Origin: Phoronis australis
Taxonomy: Eukaryota; Animalia; Phoronida
Length of the DNA: 64,000 nucleotides
NCBI GenBank assembly: GCA_002633005.1
Contig: NMRA01000133.1
Span: forward strand, 816,307-880,306
Reading direction: 5' to 3'
Of this stretch, positions 11,526-24,177 are shown piece after piece. The notes beneath the pieces were generated by a model. The model was not told the origin of the DNA. It was given only the letters and a program-made list of their open reading frames with translations, and searched no databases. Positions within the stretch are counted from its first letter, which is position 1. Each line of letters starts with the position of its first letter. A program made the translations under genes and the position numbers.

Positions 11526-12159
11526 GGCTTTGACCTGAGTTGTAAAACATGAACATTCATTGTGTGCTAGACATTCGGTGAAATGGAGTGCAGTCATTTT
11601 GCTAGTTAGACCCGCTTAAAATCTATGGCATGTAGGACTGCAACCATTGAGGTTTTGGGTATGATTCTATGTTGAGGCTGATCTCGAAGAATCACTTTTG
11701 TGACCCATAATGTCAATGACTCTAGAAACTAACTCCAGTCTACCTGTTGCCTTTAAAATGCGTGGACCTGAGGTCATGGGGTACAGTTTGGTCACTGTGT
11801 TTTAGCAGTCATATTTGAAATTCTTTTAAGCTGAACAGATGAAGCTTAAAACATTAGATTACAAACTAAGCATCTGGAAACTCACTGAAATATCTCTGCC
11901 GAGATAATGTAGTCATGTGGCTCCATCTAGTGGGTGCTTATTGATCGCCTTGTGGAAAAGGACAATCTGCTCCCCATTCTCAGGAGAAGTATTTCATCAA
12001 GTTTCTAGAAGGTTTGACTTATAATTTGGCATTTGGTCCATCATCTGGGTACCTTTTTGTAATTATGATGACAAACTGTAAAAAATTGTAGTCTTTGTGA
12101 AGCTATGATTTCTTTTTACCATTGATATATATCTTCCTCTGTCACTCCACCTGTTGTAG

Positions 12160-13634
12160 AAAGTGTCAAGCGGGTTGTAATTGTACAAAAGACCATGATG
12201 GTGAGAAAAAGGCTGAGGACACTGACACGGCTTCTGTTGCTCATGATAAGAAAGTGCAGTCTGATGAGCAGAACGTGGATAAAGAACCATCTTCACTGCC
12301 AAAAAATGGTGGCAAGCTTGTGACCCAAATGATGCTGCTGCAGCGCACCTCAAAAAAGACAGAAACGGCCTCACCGTTGCCGTACTTGCTAGAGGTGACA
12401 TCGGCGCATATCTGGGTCAGTATACGGCAGAATTTGTTTGGCATCGTTACTCGCTTGGCTGACATGCGTAACGGTTACCCTGATCCCTGTACAGTGACGA
12501 TAGGAGGGTTCAAAGTGGAAGTGAAGCCACCCGCCAGCACTCCTGTTCTGGTACCCAGACACCTACAGCAAGGAGGTCTGCCTTCGCTAATGTACTCCAT
12601 ACGGGTGAAGATCACTCTTGCCACCAAGCGTAGACAGCCTCCTGAACACCAGCAGGTTAAAGAAGTGATAGAACCGAGGACGGCATCACAGCTACTGGCT
12701 CGAGAGAAGGCGCTGTTGGCCACACATACAGCTTCAGTTCCGCCTGGGAAGCAGAGCTCAACCAAAGAATTTGAAATAACGGATAAAAATCCATCTTCGT
12801 GTCATGCTGTGTCGGCTGATACGTTGACTCCTATTCAGTCAAACTCAGATGGGATGTCTAAATTAGGTCAATCAAAATCTGGCAGTAATAATATATCATC
12901 AGCTGGCCAGTTGGGAATATCGGGCCTTGCTGGCATCAGACTTGTGAACACTCCAAATGAAGTGAACAACTTGTCATCTACGTCTACTGGTATTCGTCGG
13001 GCAGAAATCCAGGGAAACAGAGTAAAAGAAAATAGAACGGGAACTGGAGAAAATACTGCTCCTGCCGATCACGCCAAAACAAAGGTCGACACTGAAATAG
13101 GCAACAGAAATGGTGACAATAATTCGAGTGTTTCTCCAACCAAATGCATGCCTGAAGATAAGTCCCCTGTCACAACCGCTGTTGTTTGTCAAGTTAGTGC
13201 AGAAAACAAGGAAACAATGACTGAAGCTGGCTTAATTGAAAAAGATAAAAATGTTGGGACCTCTTCTTCTGCTGGTCCTTCAACAGTTGACCAATATGGG
13301 AAGGAAAATTCTTCCATTACACCATCTTTGAACCAAGATAATTGTAGCACTGCCAATGCTGGAGACTACAGAGATCCTGCCAAGTCACAGGCGACTTCTT
13401 TGGCTTATGCAAAGCCTCACCCGCCGTCGTCTCAGCCAGACAGCAACCAATCATTGAACTCGTTGGCCCAATTGCCTGCCACAGAACCTCCAATCAATTT
13501 GGTGTCTGTACCAGTGCTGCTACATCCTGTCATCAAGAATCCTGACGGGTCAGTGACCTCATCCAAACTGGTTGTTCCCGGCGATGTTCTCATCAGACCC
13601 AATGGTACTCTGCCTGCTGGTTGTGTGCCAACGG
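12160..13634 (+). CDS. MGA: MGA-like gene large exon containing an MGA conserved block
   Basis: Lies in the 512-aa ORF; ttgtag acceptor (phase 2), G|GTAAGT donor (phase 1). LLEVTSAHIWVSIRQNLFGIV...TIGGFKVEV...MYSIRVKIT parallels vertebrate MGA LIEIISDCNWEEDRNKIL...KVGSFIIEL...VYSSRVKIS (from memory). Confidence 0.85.
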
Positions 13635-14208
13635 GTAAGTTAGGGGGTGTTGCCTTGTGAAGATGTAGGCCAATCTGATCATGGCAAAGCATTCTGTCAT
13701 TATTGCCTATTGGCATAGTTATGCACTAACAAAATTCTTCAGGGGTTGGTAATATTTACTTATGCCCGATTTTTTATGAACAATTCTGACTTCTGTCTTT
13801 ACTTCCTCTTGTAATTTAAATTTGGTGGCAAATGGATTGATTTCATGAAAAAAATGCAATAATTGTGAATCAAAGGTAATAAAGCTTGGAAAACTTAGTA
13901 ATCTAAAGGTTGAAAGTCAACATGAATTTAAAATGAATTTAGATTGAATTGTTGTGTGACTTTGATACTCACTGTGGCGACTGATTGCCAAATACATTCT
14001 GTGGTTGGATTGGCAACCTGTAGGTCATCAAATTGAGCTCTGCAAAATGAAAGCAATATTAAATAACAGCTGAAGTGGTTGATGCTTTGTTATGGGATGA
14101 TTGCCAGCTAGACTTGAAAAGTGATCTCTAACTTACTCTCTTTTATCTTAGTTTTATATGCCACTGTCAGTTTGAAGGATTATGACTTGTACTTCTTGTA
14201 TTCTTCAG

Positions 14209-15042
14209 GTCCTCCCAGACTGCCCACTGCTGATCAGATCAAAACCGCTTTGATGGGCTTGAGGAGTCAAAGCCTCAACTCCGTTCTCCAAAAGCCAACT
14301 CTCCTACTTACCAACACAACCTCCGTTCATGCACCTGTTGCTGGCTCACGGTCCCTCTTAGGTTCCAGTCAGTCCATTGCAACTGCAGGTAGCGCTGCTG
14401 TTCCAGCAACGATAGCCCCAGCGAACACACTCTTGTCTACTTGTTCACAAGTTTCCATCTCTGCTGCTTCTATTGTTTCCACGACACTTCCACCAACTTT
14501 TGTTGGTGTCACTAACTCGTCTGTAGTTACCAGTGCTGGCTTGGCTGTTAATACCAACCCTGTACCAGGTGAGTCTGTGATGACAACTCTCACAGAAGTA
14601 AGCTTGATGCATTCAACAGCTGTGTCCACGACTACTGACTGTCTGATAACGTCTTCTGCTGGAACCATGTTTCCTGGACAAACTCTGAACAAGTATAACA
14701 ACTCACTGATCAGTTCAAGCTCAACAAATGCCCCTGTCATATCCTGCCCAGTGAGGATGATCATCAATTCACCATCAACTCCTCCAAGACCAGCCACTGT
14801 AACCTCCAGCCAAGCAGCAGTGGTCCCATCCCCTACATCAGGCCCTGCCGCACTTCTTCCCCCTAAGTCCTACCTTGTGGTTCAACAGCTCAATCAGAAA
14901 TACATGTTATTACCCAACCAGCAGGGTGTATGGGCAGGCACCAAGCAATCCACCACTGGCCAGGAGTATCAAGTGGTCAGTTTGCAATCGCAGACTTCAG
15001 GCACCGAGAGTGGACAACCTTTGAATACAGCTGCAGCTACAG
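14209..15042 (+). CDS. MGA: MGA-like gene exon, S/T/P-rich low-complexity region
   Basis: ttcttcag acceptor, AG|GTGGGA donor, phase 1/1, inside the 325-aa ORF. Confidence 0.8.
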
Positions 15043-15663
15043 GTGGGAACATTTGCACTCTTACGCCTAATAAATTATGTATAACAAGATTATTATAATA
15101 CTTATTATAAAGTTGAATGTTTTCAACTGACTCTTGTCAGAGGTCATCTCAGAGTGATGGTTGGTCATTAGACTCACGGTCACACAACAGTATTTCACTC
15201 CGAGGAGATAATAGTTCGATTTCCTAAATGTCCGTTGAGTGTATAAAAGATTATTTAAAATCTAGTGTACATTTGTACTGTTAGGAGACAAAATGCGCAT
15301 GTTCTTGGTCTGTAACATGGTTGTGAGTGGTGCAGTGGTCTGTAACGCTAGTCATTCTGAGAGTGACCACAAACGTAGTTGGTTGAAAAAACTCAATTTT
15401 ACAAGCACTATCTCAATTGGGTTAGGAGAAATTCGCTTTGTGTGTTGTTCACTAGTCAAGTGAAATTATTCACTTTGAAATTATTGTGTCGCCAATGTGC
15501 TAAGTAACTGCAAAATCTCTACAACAAAAGTTTCACATCATACTTTGGATTGTTCCATTTTAAATTATTTGCTTTCCTCAAGTATCTTAGCTTATTATGT
15601 CACAAGAAATGTCTCAACAATTTTTTTCTTTTCCAATGTTCCCTTATTTCATATTTTTTCCAG

Positions 15664-17012
15664 TTTCGTCTACTCAAGAGTCTCTTGCTATGTCCGGTGC
15701 AGGACCAGTGACATCCAGCAACGTTGCCACCTCGCCGAACAACACTCGATCTTTGAAGCGCAAACATAAAGACTCTGCCAGCAAGCGTAGTCCAGCTAAG
15801 GTGAAGAAGAATCGGGTCGTAGGTCAAGACCCCTGGAATGAGCGTGCTGACTTCAAGTGGCTGACGGAGGGGAAGTCTACTTGGTCGGGTGGGTTGAACA
15901 AGAGGGAGGAGACCGGGTCGACTAGTGGGGCTGAGGGAGTCGATGGCAGTATGGTAAAATGTGGAGACATCACTGCTACTGGTGAGGTGAACGATACAAA
16001 TGAGGCAAGTGTGGTTGAGGGATCTGATGGTAGCGTGTTCACGTATGGGGACATCACTGTCACCGTTAATAAGGATTCCAGTGATAGTGAAACTGATGAC
16101 ATAGTGATTGAGAAGGAGATTCAAATGAGAAAGAGTGAGAGTTGCATGGTGACAGGGGAGGTAAATAGTGTGCAATCTGTAATTAGTGATGATGAGGATG
16201 ATTGTTTTATTGTGGGTGAAGAGAAACCAAGCAAGCAACTGTCAAAGACTGATGGTGAGAGTAGTGATATGGCTGATGTGCAGCCAGTAAACAGTGATTG
16301 TGCGAGTTATATTGCTGTTGGCGACGGGACACATGACAGGAAGTCAGCAACAAAGGCTGGTGAGAGCTGCACTGCAGTTAGTCAGACAGTCAGTGTGGAT
16401 AATGAATCTTCAAAAAATGGTGAAGGGATTGGAAAAATTGGCGAAGGGATTGGAAAAATAGGCCAGGTGAAAACAACTATTGCCAAGAATGTAGACGGCG
16501 AAGGATTGTCTGAAAGCAATGAACTCATCATCAATGAAGATGTTGACCGCTCAAGTCAAGACATTAAAAAGCAAGAGATAAAGGAACATGACGATACAGT
16601 CTCAAAAGAGAAAGAGAGTATTACTTGTGGAATTCAGTTGGAAAGCTGTGATGGTGGTGATGGTGGTGATGGTGGTGATGTTGGTGATGTAAGCGTCAGG
16701 AACAGTCATGCATCGCAACCAACTTCTCAGTTAATGACTAAATCTGTACAGCTGAGTAGTCCTACTGGTCAGACTGTAGGACGTGCTGTCGCCGCTGAAG
16801 TTGAAGTTAGTACCATTTGTGAAACGAAACCTAGGGTTGTTGTTGAAGGCTGTGATGCTGTAGCGCCACCCAGTGGACAGTCTTCTTGCCCTCAAGGAAA
16901 CGAGGAGTGTGATAATGACCAAGGGAGATTTCGTGGCAACATTGATGTTGGGTCTTCAGGTTGTCAGTCTGGAAGTATGAAACAAATGGACAGTCTTTCA
17001 GAGAGTGAAAAT
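15664..17012 (+). CDS. MGA: MGA-like gene exon: basic NLS-like stretch then acidic disordered region
   Basis: ttttttccag acceptor (phase 1), AAT|GTGAGT donor (phase 0), inside the 493-aa ORF. Confidence 0.85.
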
Positions 17013-17445
17013 GTGAGTAAAGCGTGGTTGTCACTCAATAACCAGGTCATAGTTGACAGGGTGTTAGTGTTATACTGAAATACATAATGCTTCTGAACTT
17101 AATGGACTTGAGCAAAGCACTGATTTTACAGCTGTCAAATTAAACGTATATTATTGTGTGAGCTTTAGAACGATAAAAAATGCCAAGGTCAAATTGACCC
17201 AGAACCTGTTTAACATGCCAAAAAGAGGTCTAGGAGTACCACCGTAGTTCAGTTATGTAGTGAAAAACGAAAAGGCCAAATTTGCCTTTGCTTAGAACTT
17301 GAATTTATTTTGACAGGCGCACGGTGGAAACAAAGGAACACTGGCCATGCAAAAGGTCAAATAGATGTGCCAGTCACACTGGTTGTGCTCTGTTATGCAA
17401 TATGCCTGTATGTGCTCTCAGCCTTATTACCTTGTTACTTCTCAG

Positions 17446-17670
17446 GAGTCCGTTGATGTAGAGACTGTAACAGAGTCGGCAGATGAGGATGAAGTTGACG
17501 TTTTAAGCACGTCTAAGTCGCCAGATAGCATAGCGGTTCAACTCCGTCTCTCCGGACATGCGAATCCTCAGTCTCCCTCTTGCTCTGTGCATAATGTCTC
17601 CAAGAGGAAGAGGAAACGAAAAGCGACCGTCGTGAACCATTTGCCTGAACCAGAGGTTGAGTACAGAGAG
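17446..17670 (+). CDS. MGA: MGA-like gene exon with ESVDVETV and EDEVDVLS acidic motifs and KRKRKRK NLS
   Basis: cttctcag acceptor, GAG|GTAAGC donor, 225 nt, phase 0/0. The motifs resemble MGA VDIETVEE and the MYC EEIDVV motif. Confidence 0.85.
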
Positions 17671-17822
17671 GTAAGCTTACAGGTCTTCTTGATGTCTCCA
17701 GTTGTATTAAAAGTGGCTGGTCTAGGACTGTTGAGTGTGACATTTGCTTTTTTTGTAAAACATGTAGTACCATGTTGTTATGTATGACTCTAGAAAAAAA
17801 GACCAAATTTAGTCAGTTTTGG

Positions 17823-19301
17823 AACATCTTATCTCAGATACACCTGATCAGATTCATTTGAACATCATATTTCAGATACCTGATCAGATTCATATGCAAC
17901 ATCACATCTCAGATACACCTGATCAGATTCAATGCAACGTCATATCTCAGATACAACTGATCAGATTCATATGCAACATCATATCTCCGATACAACTGAT
18001 CAGATTCAATGCAACGTCATATCTCAGATACACCTGATCAGATTCAATGCAACGTCATATCTCAGATACAGCTGATCAGATTCATGTGAACATCATATCT
18101 CAGATTCAGTTGATCAGATTCATATGCAACATGATATCTCAGATACAGCTGATCAGATTCATATGAACATCATATCTCAGATACACCTGATCAGATTCAT
18201 ATGCAACATCACATCTCAGATACACCTGATCAGATCATATGAACTTCATATCTCAGATACAGCTGATCAGATTCATATGAACATCATATCTCAGGTACAC
18301 CTGATCAGATTCATATGCAACATCATATCTCAGATTCAGTTGATCAGATTCACATGAACATCATATTTCAGATACAGCTGATCAGATTCATATGCAACAT
18401 CGCATCTCAGATACATCTGTTCAGATTCATATGAACATCATATCTCAAATACAGCTGATCAGATTCATATGAACATCATATCTCAGATTCAGTTGATCAG
18501 ATTCATATGCAACATCATATCTCAGATACAGCTGATCAGATTCATATGAACATCATATTTCAGATACACCTGATCAGATTCATATGCAACATCACATCTC
18601 AGATACAACTGATCAGATTCATATGAACATCATATCTCAGATTCAGTTGATCAGATTCATATGCAACATCATATCTCAGATACAACTGATCAGATTCATA
18701 TGAACATCATATTTCAGATACACCTGATCAGATTCATATGCAACATCACATCTCAGATACAACTGATCAGATTATATGAACATCATATCTCAGATACAGC
18801 TGATCAGATTACATGAACATCATATCTCAGATACACCTGATCAGATTCATATGAACATCATATCTCAGATACAGCTGATCAGATTCATATGCAACATCAT
18901 ATCTCAGATACAGCTGATCAGATTCATATGCAACATCATATCTCAGATACACCTGATCAGCTTCATATGAACATCATATCTCAGATACAACTGATCAGAT
19001 TCATTTGAACATCATATCTCAGATACACCTGATCAGATTCAAATACAACATCATATCTCAGATACAACTGATCAGATTCATATGAACATCATATTTCAGA
19101 TACACCTGATCAGATTCATATGCAACATCGTATCTCTGATACACCTGATCAGATTCATATGCAACATCACATCTCAGATACTGCTGATCAGATTCATATG
19201 AACATCATATCTCAGATACAGCTGATCAGATTCATATGAACATCATATTTCAGATACAGCTGATTAGATTCATATGCAACATCATATCTCAGATACACCT
19301 G
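17823..19301. repeat. 38/39-bp minisatellite (gatcagattcatatg[c]aacatcatatctcagataca[c/g/a]ct), about 38 copies
   Basis: Directly visible 1.5-kb array in the intron before the bHLH exon. Confidence 0.97.
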
Positions 19302-20104
19302 AAACATTTAAATACCATGTTTCGTACAGTGTTCTACAAAACTCTGTCAGAAATCATTTTTAAAGTGTTTTACTTTTGCATTACGAGTAATTAATAATAG
19401 GAATTTATCAAAAAATTTTATGAAAAAAAGTCTGTATCAGGCAAGAAAGCAATGATAATTTAGAAATTTTTAGCAGCATTTTTGAGATTTCACTGGAACT
19501 TTTTATCTAGTTAAATTTGGTAAGGGGGATAACGACTGTGAACATGTAAAAATTTATTTATGCCATATACTGACCAAGAAACATTACAATTAATCGATCT
19601 ACCTTTCTCGACTTGCCTCGGCTTTGTAACTACTTTCTGGGTCAGAGGTCCGGGTTCGGAGGTCGTGACCTTTTAAGAAAAGCCGAGCTATTTTTGTCAA
19701 ATAATGCTTTTACTCAGAACCAATTGAAAATTTAAACAAAATAGAAATAAAATGAATCTATAAGTTCATTAAAGTTTAGCAACTATTATAGGTTACTACA
19801 CATTTTATCATGCTAAGCTTCGACCGGGAAAATATCGTCTGCTAAAGTAGGTTACCACTAGTAACTGAGTATAATGCTGAAGTCAAAGGATCTTGCTGAC
19901 ACAATACTTATATTCAAATTCTAGATCGGTGATTTACAAGTTAAAGAACAAGGGAGAAAAATTTCACTGAATTAAAATATTGTTTTTATGGAAATTACGT
20001 GTCTTATTTTTCATAGCGTATAAATGTTGGTACAATGCTCTTTGCTGAACATTGTTGCGCGTGCTCATGTAAGTATTCTATTTTTACGTTCAATGACGTC
20101 AGTC

Positions 20105-20175
20105 GCTGAGTGGTGTAGTGGTAAAGTCGGTGACTCGAAACTCTTGAGACCCGGGTTCGAAACCGGCCTCGTTTT
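20105..20175 (+). mobile_element. tRNA-derived (SINE-head-like) sequence with Pol III A and B boxes
   Basis: A box TGGTGTAGTGG and B box GGTTCGAAACC at tRNA spacing. The D, anticodon and T stems pair poorly, so it is not a functional tRNA. Confidence 0.65.
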
Positions 20176-20490
20176 CCTGCCAAAATGTTATCCCACTAGC
20201 GAGATAACTAAATGAGTTAGTACACAGTTGTATTTGCCATTTGACGCTAATATTGTGGTATAAGTACCTGTATGCATACATGTGTATGAATGTTCATGTA
20301 TACATGCATGTGGAGTTTGTTTGGTGTGTTATATTTGAGTAGAAAAGTGGTAGAACAAGAGCTTGTGCCACTCACATACAAGATTAGTCAATGTTACAGT
20401 TGTCAGTTATAAATTGTCACTTTAAGCCACTTATTCAAATGCTGTGAACTTTTTCGTGTCTCATCTACATGCTGTATGACACCTTCACAG

Positions 20491-20658
20491 GAATTGGTGG
20501 TCCACAGCGCAACACCACCCCCTGGAAGACTTCACCAAGCACACCGTTACCGGGAGCAACAACGACGCCGAGATATGCGGTACTTGGCGCACTTTTTGAA
20601 GAAAGAAGTTTACACTGAGTTTCATGACAGCTTCTCTTTGAGTCGAGTTGTTCAAGAT
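20491..20658 (+). CDS. MGA: MGA-like gene exon: bHLH basic region, helix 1 and loop
   Basis: ttcacag acceptor, GAT|GTGAGT donor. AHRYREQQRRRDMRYLAHFLKKEV carries the H-x3-E-x2-RR pattern of Myc/Max/Mad-type bHLH. Confidence 0.88.
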
Positions 20659-21229
20659 GTGAGTTTAAGTAACTTTACATACCATATTTCAGAGTGATTA
20701 AAAGTTATAACTGAAATGTGTTGTGAACATATGCTTTCATGTTGATGTGTTGGGGTGCATTTCATATGACCAATTGGGCTTTTGATCACTGACTTAGGTG
20801 CACTCAGAGTTTGGCCTCTGGGTCCATAGATTCGACACAAACTGTGTACTTGGGTTGAGACAAATGATTCAATCTGCGACCATGGTGCCCTTTCCATAAA
20901 TAACTGACTTAGCTATTGCAAATCTTAGATTTAACTAAATTTTAAGATAAAACTTCAATTTGACTTAAATCTGTTCCAAGAAAGTGGCCTTAAGCTTGAC
21001 TTGGTTTTTGTTTTAAATTTGACTAACTTACAGGATGTGGAAGTTTCAGAGTTTGAAAATTGAGACAAATCTTAGACTTATGTAAAAAATTAAATTAAGT
21101 CAGTTTGTTGGAACGGCTCATGGTGTCTAGGTATGAGGTTTAGCTAGAATTTAAAGGTCAGACGCCAAATATTTCTCCACCCTGATTTGTTCTCTTGTCT
21201 CGTCGTCTCACTGTGGGTTGTTACTTCAG

Positions 21230-21341
21230 GCTACCAATCTCATAAACAACCTTGACAAGGACCAGAAGAAAATGATGGAGATTAAAGAAGAACTGCTCAA
21301 GGAAAACGTCCGCTTGAGTGACAAGTTGAAGAATCTGCAAG
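21230..21341 (+). CDS. MGA: MGA-like gene exon: end of helix 2 and leucine zipper
   Basis: acttcag acceptor, G|GTAAAT donor. ATNLINNLDKDQKKMMEIKEELLKENVRLSDKLKNLQ has L-M-L-L-L heptads. Confidence 0.88.
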
Positions 21342-22094
21342 GTAAATTGTGGTGTTTACCATGAATGTGGTGACTGCTGATGCTTTGGTAAATTTTGAAC
21401 AAGGATATCATGTTTTGTAAGTTGTGCAGGGATATCATGCTTTGTAAGTTGTGCAAGTGCTGAACAGAATCATGGGTTGAACTGCTTAGGTACAAGCTCA
21501 AAATCAGATCACTTTTATTCCTGTAAAAATGCCCTTGTACAAAAACATTTTAAAATAGTTATGCGCATAACTAGTTCTCCAAAAATTGAATGGTTATCAA
21601 TACATATTTACAAATGTTCACACTATTATTTGTTGATGTCCGCTTATTGAATTAAGATAAGGAAAGGTGCTTACTGTAGCACATGGCAACAGAGTTTCTC
21701 TAAAGAAAAATGGTACTCATCATTAATAGTATTGAGGCACACTGTCTGCATGGTCATTTTTAGTGGCTTCCTACTTCAGCAGAGATTTGATCCACTGTGT
21801 CTGTGTGGGTCAAGTTTTAGACTTGTTAACATTTGATAGTTAACTGTATGTGAAAATACAGTGTAGAGTTAAATGCAATATTTTGTTACTATCCTTGTAA
21901 GTAACAGTCCCTTGTTTATTGCATAACAAATTGGAAAGAATTAAGTTTCGCATGTGACACTTTGTTTTAACTAAAGAAAGTGGGATCTATAATTTGACAA
22001 TAATGAAATCTCGCATTGGAAAAAATACAAAGTCTCTGAGAACATACCCATTAGTTGTATAAATTATTTCTATGTTTTGAAGTGCTAATAATTC

Positions 22095-22302
22095 CAGTGT
22101 TAATCCTGGTATTCTGTAGCTGTGAAGTGGTAGTGTAACACTACATTACAGTGTTAATCCTGGTATTCTGTAGTTGTGAACTGGTAGTGTGACAATACAT
22201 TACAGTGTTAATCCTGGTATTCTGTAGTTGTGAACTGGTAGTGTGACAATACATTACAGTGTTAATCCTGGTATTCTGTAGTTGTCAAGTAGTAGTGTAA
22301 CT
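22095..22302. repeat. 54-bp minisatellite, about 4 copies
   Basis: cagtgttaatcctggtattctgtagttgtgaactggtagtgtgacaatacatta repeated. Confidence 0.92.
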
Positions 22303-22849
22303 CTAAATTCCATATATTTTTGTATCATGTATACTACCACTGTAAAAAGTCTTCATTTTAGGACAGTGAAAATTAAAATTTTTTGTTCTGATCGGAGCTT
22401 GTACCAAATTATTGAAATAGACAGTATTGGCCGCCTCAAATTCATGAATTCTGATCAACGACAGACCATCGTTCACCTCGATGTTATGAACTGTGGTGAT
22501 GCACGAATTTGTTGTGTCAACTAATTTTTTTTCTTTTAATTTTTGATCTGCAAATTTTTTTCAAACTGTTGATAAGAACAAAATGCGTTGTCTGATATCT
22601 AAGAAATACGCTGAACGCCAAAATCGCCCATGTTGCAATCGTCAGAATTACAAAAATTTCAGCTTGAATTTCGCTGCCCCAAATTCAGGAATTCTGATCA
22701 ACAACAGACCATCGTTCACCTTGACTGCCATAGGCATTTAAATCGCCCACAATAAATATTTTAAAATATTTTCTGAACTATTGCATTATTTGTTTCACCG
22801 AGGCACATCTTTAAAGGAAATGTGCATATGATACTTATTAACCTGTTCA

Positions 22850-23200
22850 GCACAAATTACGTTTTGTCAAATTTCTCAACAAAAAAGTTAAAACAACATT
22901 TGGCAATATTTTCATAATGTACTTCCTGGTATTCAATCTTTGGAACAGAAAAATACAACAATGATGAGAATTGTGGGAAATATGTGAAGAAGCACTGTGG
23001 CAGTAAAAGATATTAAAGTGGAATGTGCACGCTAATTCCAAGTCTCTGTGATTCCTTGGTCAAATTAGTTAGAAACACAACATATAGCGACCATGTAAAT
23101 ATCAAGTAGGTTGATAATTGCCAAATGTTTTTAAGAATGTGTCGAAAATGATCTGCCGTAAATCACTCAACGTTATCCAGTAAGTACCGTGACATGGTGT
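22850..23200 (-). mobile_element. Unclassified dispersed repeat (other copy at about 37700-38060)
   Basis: The reverse complement of 23013-23093 matches 37952-38031 (gtcgcta.atgttgtgtttcta...tttgaccaag...ttccactttaa). Confidence 0.65.
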
Positions 23201-23914
23201 TGGGGAATAACACTGCATGATGCAGGCTATGTGAGTCCCCGAGGTACGTAACCAGTGCAAAAGTCGCCTATTTGCAGGTTTTTTTGTTTTTACATTTACA
23301 AGTTGTCAGTGAAGACAACTGCACTTTGTTTAGCGTGGATGATGTTCTAATAGCATTGTCATTTAGTTTGTGCTGTACATTAGCATAGTTAGAAGTATGC
23401 AAATACATCTTTAAATTTGAATTTCATGGAGTTTTACTTGCAAATAAAACAAACAATTAATGCAAATAGACTTTACTGCTGAGAAGTATATTCTAAGGCA
23501 AAAAATCCAGGAATTCTGGAAAGGTGGGAGTCTATGTTAGCTGACTTAAGTTATCAATGCACTGATACGTTTTTTTGTACACTTAAATTAATCTGAAAGG
23601 AGCCTGTACTGTGCGTGTGTGCATGTGCACCATATATAAGTCAGTACCTTAACGCTATTGGTGACATTTTTGTAATGTCAACTTTTCGCAATGTTATGTT
23701 TGAAGAATAGATGGTGAAAAAATGCTGTCTATGAAAGAGTGATCCCTTCACCATCAAGGTATTTATTTTAAAAGCTTTTGTCTGTCAACTTATTTTAAAC
23801 GTTGCATACAACTTTTCAGTCACACTGATCTTCGGAGTTAGTACGTTCAGTGGTATAATGAGCATGGTCTGCAAGAACTAAGCCACTTTCATTTGTCATT
23901 TTTGTGTTTTGTAG

Positions 23915-24177
23915 AAAAAAGGAAACGTGAGAAGTTGGAAGCCCTCAAAGGAATATCTGATGAAGTTGTCGTGGCGTTGAATGTTAACGATGCTTCAAGT
24001 GTGTGTGAAACACCCTCGACTTCCATTATTAACGACAATGGCATTGTTTCCAGTGACGTTGGTCAAGCTGTGACTGACAATATGGACGTCAGCTGTGTGA
24101 TTGAAGTTGATGAGAATGACGTCAATGATGTTGAAATTGATGGAAGTTTTGACTTAGATTGTGTTCTTGATATGTGA
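23915..24177 (+). CDS. MGA: MGA-like gene terminal coding exon (acidic tail, TGA stop)
   Basis: ttttgtag acceptor, phase 1 giving E-KRKREKLEALK; stop at 24175-24177. The 11 exons total 4944 nt in one open frame. Confidence 0.85.

Noticed and set aside
16863-16878. Isolated CTCF-like word gcgccacccagtgga
   Set aside because: A single match inside coding sequence is expected by chance.
12063-17034. Minus-strand ORFs of 63-212 aa
   Set aside because: They are antisense shadows of the large + strand exons.
17819-19301. Satellite as a CRISPR array or as coding ORFs
   Set aside because: Head-to-tail units with no unique spacers, no cas genes, inside a eukaryotic intron; the ORFs are repeat artefacts.
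20105-20175. Functional tRNA gene (apparent CGA anticodon)
   Set aside because: The acceptor, D, anticodon and T stems contain multiple mismatches.
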